From: Candidatus Woesearchaeota archaeon CG_4_10_14_0_2_um_filter_33_13
Lineage (GTDB): Archaea; Nanobdellota; Nanobdellia; Woesearchaeales; GW2011-AR9
DNA length: 58,941 bases
Direction: 5' to 3'
Assembly: GCA_002792115.1 (NCBI GenBank)
Contig: PFNQ01000028.1
Location: forward strand, 1 to 58,941
Every line of letters begins with the position of its first letter. Position 1 is the stretch's first letter. The notes beneath the pieces were generated by a model. It was not told the origin of the DNA. It saw only the letters and a program-made list of their open reading frames with translations, and did no database searches. The translations under genes and the position numbers were made by a program. Positions 55,037 through 58,941 of the stretch are shown here, piece by piece.

Positions 55037-56008
55037 ATGTATAAGGTTCCTTTAGCTGAAATTAAAAGTAAGATTATCTCTAGTGGTAAGCTTGATTCTG
55101 AGAAATTAGAAAAGAAAATTAAAGAAAAAATCAATGAATTGTCTGGCTTGATTAGTGAAGAGGGGGCTGCCCACATTATTGCAAATGAGTTTGGCATAGA
55201 ATTAACTAAACCGGATAGTGACAAACTAAAAATCAAAGAAATATATCCTGGAATGCGCAATGTTTCTACTGTTGGAAAAGTGGTTAAAAAATTCGAAGTT
55301 AGAGAGTTCGCAAAAGGAGAATCCAAAGGAAAGGTTTGTTCTATGATGATTGGTGATGATACCGGTACGATTCGTGTAGTCTTTTGGAATGATCAGGTCG
55401 ATGCTGCCAGTAAAGTGAATGAAGATGACATTATCAAAGTTAAAGATGCTTATGTGCGAGAGAATAGAAACAACAAAGAGATTCATTTAGGCGAACGTGG
55501 GGAAATTGAGGTTAATCCAGAAGGGGAGAAGATTGAACGAGTGAGACAAAGTGCTGATTATGAAAGAAAAAAGATCCAAGAATTGGAGAATGGTTCTGAT
55601 GGAGTAGAAATTCTTGGCACAGTAGTTCAAGTCTTTGATCCCCGTTTTTTTAACGTTTGTCCGGATTGTGGCAAAAGAGCAAATGATGAGCAATGTCCGG
55701 AGCACGGAGCTGTTAAATCAGATTTATCATATGTTATGAATTTAGTTTTAGATGATGGAACGGGCACGATTAGGGGAGTTTTCTGGAAGAATCAGGTACA
55801 CCATTTGTTAGGATTAGACAATGATGGTATGGCCAAATTTAAGGATAACCTTTCTTTATTTGAAAACGTCAAGAACGACCTTTTAGGGGAACAGTTTAAG
55901 TTGATTGGCAGAGTTAAGAAGAACGATATGTTTGAACGTCTAGAACTTAATGTTCAATTAGTTGAAAAAGCTGATCCTCAAGCAGAACTTGCCAGATTAG
56001 AAAAATAA
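55037..56008 (+). CDS. rpa: Replication protein A (RPA/RFA) with OB folds and a zinc finger
   Basis: N-terminal helical domain ...LSGLISEEGAAHIIANEFGIEL. OB fold (VSTVGKVVKKFEVREF...GKVCSMMIGDDTGTIRVVFWND). Zinc motif CPDCGKRANDEQCPEHG inside the second OB fold. GGTGGTG lies upstream of the ATG. Confidence 0.85.
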   Translation: MYKVPLAEIKSKIISSGKLDSEKLEKKIKEKINELSGLISEEGAAHIIANEFGIELTKPDSDKLKIKEIYPGMRNVSTVGKVVKKFEVREFAKGESKGKVCSMMIGDDTGTIRVVFWNDQVDAASKVNEDDIIKVKDAYVRENRNNKEIHLGERGEIEVNPEGEKIERVRQSADYERKKIQELENGSDGVEILGTVVQVFDPRFFNVCPDCGKRANDEQCPEHGAVKSDLSYVMNLVLDDGTGTIRGVFWKNQVHHLLGLDNDGMAKFKDNLSLFENVKNDLLGEQFKLIGRVKKNDMFERLELNVQLVEKADPQAELARLEK

Positions 56009-56011
56009 AAA

Positions 56012-56404
56012 ATGAGTTCTTTGGAAGAGTTAAGAGAAAAAGTTAAACAATTCAATCTTGATAGAGATTGGGATCAATTTCATAATCCTAAAGACTTGAT
56101 TATTGCTTTGTTAAGTGAAGTTGGGGAGTTAGCTGAATGTTATCGTTGGTTAAGTTCTGAAGAAGTTTTCAAGATACATTTGGATCCTCTTAAGAAGCAG
56201 AAAGTTTCTGAGGAAGTTGCTGACATTTTGATGTATTTACTAACATTTTCTTATAAGATAGATATTGATCTGTTAAAGGCTGTTGAAGAAAAGTTGGAAA
56301 AAAATAAATTAAAATATCCCGTTGAGAAAAGTAAAGGAATCCATTCTAACCCGTTGATGGGATTTAAAGGAGTTTTAAAAAACTCCAAAGAAGATTTTGA
56401 ATAG
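56012..56404 (+). CDS. MazG-like nucleotide pyrophosphohydrolase (dCTPase/DCTPP1-like)
   Basis: 130 aa. RDWDQFHNPKDLIIALLSEVGELAECYRW and EEVADILMYLL, the E..E and E..D helices typical of all-alpha NTP pyrophosphatases. Confidence 0.8.
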   Translation: MSSLEELREKVKQFNLDRDWDQFHNPKDLIIALLSEVGELAECYRWLSSEEVFKIHLDPLKKQKVSEEVADILMYLLTFSYKIDIDLLKAVEEKLEKNKLKYPVEKSKGIHSNPLMGFKGVLKNSKEDFE

Positions 56405-56455
56405 GTTTTCAAAATCATCTAAAGGAAAAGAATTAAATAAAGAATAAGCGTTTCC

Positions 56456-56917
56456 TTGTTTATGTTGTTTTATACCCATCTCCTATTGGGAATTGTAGGA
56501 TTTCTTCTTCTGAACAAATACTTCAGTGGCGGTTACGAATGGCTATTTTTATTGTTTGTTCTTCTTGGTAGTGTTCTGCCGGATATTGACGATGGGAAAA
56601 GTAAAATCAAGAAAGCATCCGGAATTATTGGTTCTGTAATTAGTTTTTTGTTTAAACATCGAGGAATTCTTCATTCTTTAATCTTTGCATTAGTTTTGTT
56701 TGTTCTTTTGAGTTTGTGGGATATTTATTATGCCTGGGCATTGTTGATTGGTTACACTTCTCATCTTGTTGGAGATGTTATTACCCCCATGGGGATACAA
56801 TTGTTTTATCCTTTTTCAAGGTGGAAGATTCGTGGCCCAATTAGAGTTGGAAAGTTCGGAGAATGGATTATTCTTTTTGGTTTAGTTGTATTAGTAATTA
56901 AAGAATTATTCTTTTGA
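56456..56917 (+). CDS. DUF457/YdjM-family membrane-bound metal-dependent hydrolase
   Basis: HLLLG, LGSVLPDIDD, HRGILHS, YTSHLVGD motifs within 4 TM helices. The likely start is ATG 56462. Its last 29 nt are duplicated at 57379-57407. Confidence 0.75.
   Translation: MFMLFYTHLLLGIVGFLLLNKYFSGGYEWLFLLFVLLGSVLPDIDDGKSKIKKASGIIGSVISFLFKHRGILHSLIFALVLFVLLSLWDIYYAWALLIGYTSHLVGDVITPMGIQLFYPFSRWKIRGPIRVGKFGEWIILFGLVVLVIKELFF
56889..56917 (+). repeat. Left copy of a 29-bp direct repeat (3' end of the DUF457 gene)
   Basis: tattagtaattaaagaattattcttttga. 27/29 identical to 57379-57407, and the last 21 nt are identical. Confidence 0.85.
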
Positions 56918-57144
56918 TTAACCCAGCGAATATGAAATCCCATCAATTGATCGGCGAACAGACTACCAATCTTCATACAAAAATACCCCTCCTCTTAAAA
57001 GACACTATAACATTTAACAATTATCATGCCTTGGAAGGATGTGGAGGAGAGCGTTTTATATCAATAGATCACCAAAACAAATATATACTCTGTTATCTAA
57101 TTTATTTTAAACAAAATTTATGTTGATGGTAAGGGGGGGTAAAA

Positions 57145-57333
57145 ATGGGGTTATTTGGTAAGAAAGTGATTAAAGAGACAGATTTTAAGGCCTTAGCTTT
57201 TGTTGGCAAGCGCTGTATAGAACAGGGTGAATTTATCATTCATCAAGCAAACCGAAAGTCAAAAGAACATCTTGAAGGACACTTGATTATTATGAAGCAA
57301 ATAGTTGCTGAGTTTGAAGCCTTAATGAAATAA
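57145..57333 (+). CDS. Small hypothetical protein (62 aa) inside the repeat-flanked segment
   Basis: Strong purine-rich RBS-like AAGGGGGGGTAAAAATG. No family recognised. Confidence 0.4.
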   Translation: MGLFGKKVIKETDFKALAFVGKRCIEQGEFIIHQANRKSKEHLEGHLIIMKQIVAEFEALMK

Positions 57334-57378
57334 ACTTTTTTTTAATTAAATTATTTTTCAAATATTTTTAACTTTAAC

Positions 57379-57407
57379 TATTGGTGATTAAAGAATTATT
57401 CTTTTGA
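57379..57407 (+). repeat. Right copy of a 29-bp direct repeat
   Basis: tattggtgattaaagaattattcttttga. The two differences are third-position changes that would still encode LLVIKELFF-stop. Confidence 0.85.
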
Positions 57408-57416
57408 AATTAACAT

Positions 57417-58826
57417 CTATTGTAGTTTCATCTCAGAATCAGTTGTAACATTTAATCTTAATTTTTTTATTCCTGCTTCATCTCCATTCTTGGGGATATG
57501 TGTCAAATGCATATTTAAACCCCTTAACTTATCAACATGATCCAAAACCATCTTTGCGTTTCTATCCGTTAAGGCAGATATTCCAATTAATACCATCGTT
57601 TCTTCTACATTTAATGATGCTCCTTCTTCACCCAACTTTTGTTTAAGTAATTGCATTTGCGTGATCATATCTTGATGTAACAGTCTTTTGCTTTTATGAA
57701 CTTTAGACAGTTTCTTTAAAGCTTTAATGATAACTGCTGATTCAGCATGGAACCATCTGGAATTATGTGCACGAACTATTGTGCCATCTCGCAGTTCTAC
57801 GGCCGCACCACAATACACTCCTTTATGTCCTTCTTTTCGTGCTCTCGCCTCTAATGCTCCTTTTCTTGCTTCTTTAACTAAAGGATAATTTGCTTCACTA
57901 ACCTTAGATTTAGCCATAATCTGACCCATATAATCAATGGTTCTCTTTGTTTCAATTCCTAATGTGTACTCCTGTTTGTAACGAAAATATCTTCTAATTA
58001 TCTCTTCTTTGGCACTTTTTCTAACAATTTTATCATCAAGAATTCCAACCTTGGCCATGTTAACTCCCATGTCTGTAGGAGAGAAATAGTTATTCACATA
58101 ATTATCTTTTTTAGTAACTGCCTTCATAATTCTCTTAAGAATCACAAAATTTTCTACATCTCTGTTATAATTAACGCTCTTTGTCTTATACTTTTTGAGA
58201 TGAAATGGGTCGATCATATTATAATCACCTAAATCGGCAGTTGCTGCTTCATAAGCAGTGTTGACGGGATGATTCAATGGTAAGTTCCAAATGGGAAAAG
58301 TCTCAAATTTAGCATAACCAGCATTTACTCCTTTTTTTTGTTCGTGGAATAATTGGGATAAACAAACTGCCATCTTACCACTGCCTCCTCCAGCTCCGGT
58401 AACAATAATCAATGGAGAATAGGTTTTTATGAAAGGTTGTTTAGCAAAACCACCTTTACTTAATATTTTTTTAATGTTATTAGGATAACCCTTTATTTCT
58501 GTATGGACATAAACTGTATGTCCTAAATGTTGTAACTTTCTTTTGAATTTTAAAGCAAGATTTTCTCTTTCATATCTTGTAATAACAATCCCCATGATCT
58601 TCAAACCTTTTTCTTTTATCTCATTAATCTCATTAAGTGTTTGTAAGTCATAAGTAAGACCAGAATCATAACGTACTCTCCCTTTTTGGATGTCTTTCGC
58701 ACTAATACAATATATCACTTCTAAGTCCTTTAATTTACTTATCAGTTGTATTTTTGCATCTGCTTGATAGCCAGGAAGAACCCTTGATGCGTGTCCGTCG
58801 TAAAGAATCTTTCCTCCAAACTCCAA
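57417..58826 (-). CDS. UPF0371/DUF1846 family protein (5' end problematic)
   Basis: LEFGGKILYDGHASRVLPGY, GAGGGSGK and a length of about 500 aa fit UPF0371. A further 29 conserved N-terminal codons (KRGFDTRKYLEAQTAKIKERLSKFDNKLY) continue in frame up to 58913. They are preceded by TAA (58914-58916) and ATG (58917-58919). Confidence 0.8.
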   Translation of the reverse strand: MEFGGKILYDGHASRVLPGYQADAKIQLISKLKDLEVIYCISAKDIQKGRVRYDSGLTYDLQTLNEINEIKEKGLKIMGIVITRYERENLALKFKRKLQHLGHTVYVHTEIKGYPNNIKKILSKGGFAKQPFIKTYSPLIIVTGAGGGSGKMAVCLSQLFHEQKKGVNAGYAKFETFPIWNLPLNHPVNTAYEAATADLGDYNMIDPFHLKKYKTKSVNYNRDVENFVILKRIMKAVTKKDNYVNNYFSPTDMGVNMAKVGILDDKIVRKSAKEEIIRRYFRYKQEYTLGIETKRTIDYMGQIMAKSKVSEANYPLVKEARKGALEARARKEGHKGVYCGAAVELRDGTIVRAHNSRWFHAESAVIIKALKKLSKVHKSKRLLHQDMITQMQLLKQKLGEEGASLNVEETMVLIGISALTDRNAKMVLDHVDKLRGLNMHLTHIPKNGDEAGIKKLRLNVTTDSEMKLQ

Positions 58827-58941
58827 ATATAACTTGTTGTCAAATTTAGAAAGTCTTTCTTTTATCTTTGCTGTTTGTGCCTCAAGATATTTTCTTGTAT
58901 CAAACCCTCTTTTTTACATAAGTAGTGCATTTTTTCTCAAC

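Noticed and set aside
56914-57126. 70-aa ORF overlapping the DUF457 stop
   Set aside because: No recognisable RBS or motif. It lies inside the repeat-flanked insert and may be incidental, so it is left unannotated as a gene.

Overview
AT-rich archaeal chromosomal segment. PolD DP1/DP2, Orc1/Cdc6, MCM, TBP, TFE, aIF2-beta, Hjc, RpoP, eL43 and prefoldin are archaeal hallmarks; a small-genome DPANN-like organism is inference only. The left ~28 kb holds housekeeping and information-processing genes, a tRNA-Pro that appears to carry two non-canonical introns, and a predicted replication origin at 18217-19008. That origin has inverted ORB-like boxes around an extremely AT-rich core and sits next to an orc1-DP1-DP2 gene string, with MCM, an RPA32-like OB-fold gene and TBP close by. 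A ubiquitin-like sulfur-relay operon (TtuB-like / TtuA-NcsA-like / ThiF-like) lies convergent to a ThiI-like gene whose PP-loop motif is replaced. An MNT-HEPN pair is coupled by overlapping codons to an RNase P Rpp30-like gene. The main observation is a ~26 kb block (28509-54874) of 21 consecutive plus-strand genes with no recognisable enzymes. It holds four very large cysteine-rich predicted extracellular proteins (1805, 1047, 2101, 645 aa), a 285-aa short paralog of the 2101-aa protein, and about 15 proteins with class III (type IV pilin-like) leaders. Two of those are 43- and 48-codon ORFs below the ORF-track cutoff. No assembly ATPase, membrane platform or prepilin peptidase is visible in the block. 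I read it as an undescribed surface filament or adhesion module. The right end carries RPA, a MazG-like gene, and a DUF457 hydrolase whose 3' end is duplicated as a 29-bp direct repeat around a ~460-bp insert. It ends with a UPF0371/DUF1846 gene that has an in-frame TAA at codon 2. No CRISPR array, rRNA, transposase or integrase was seen.
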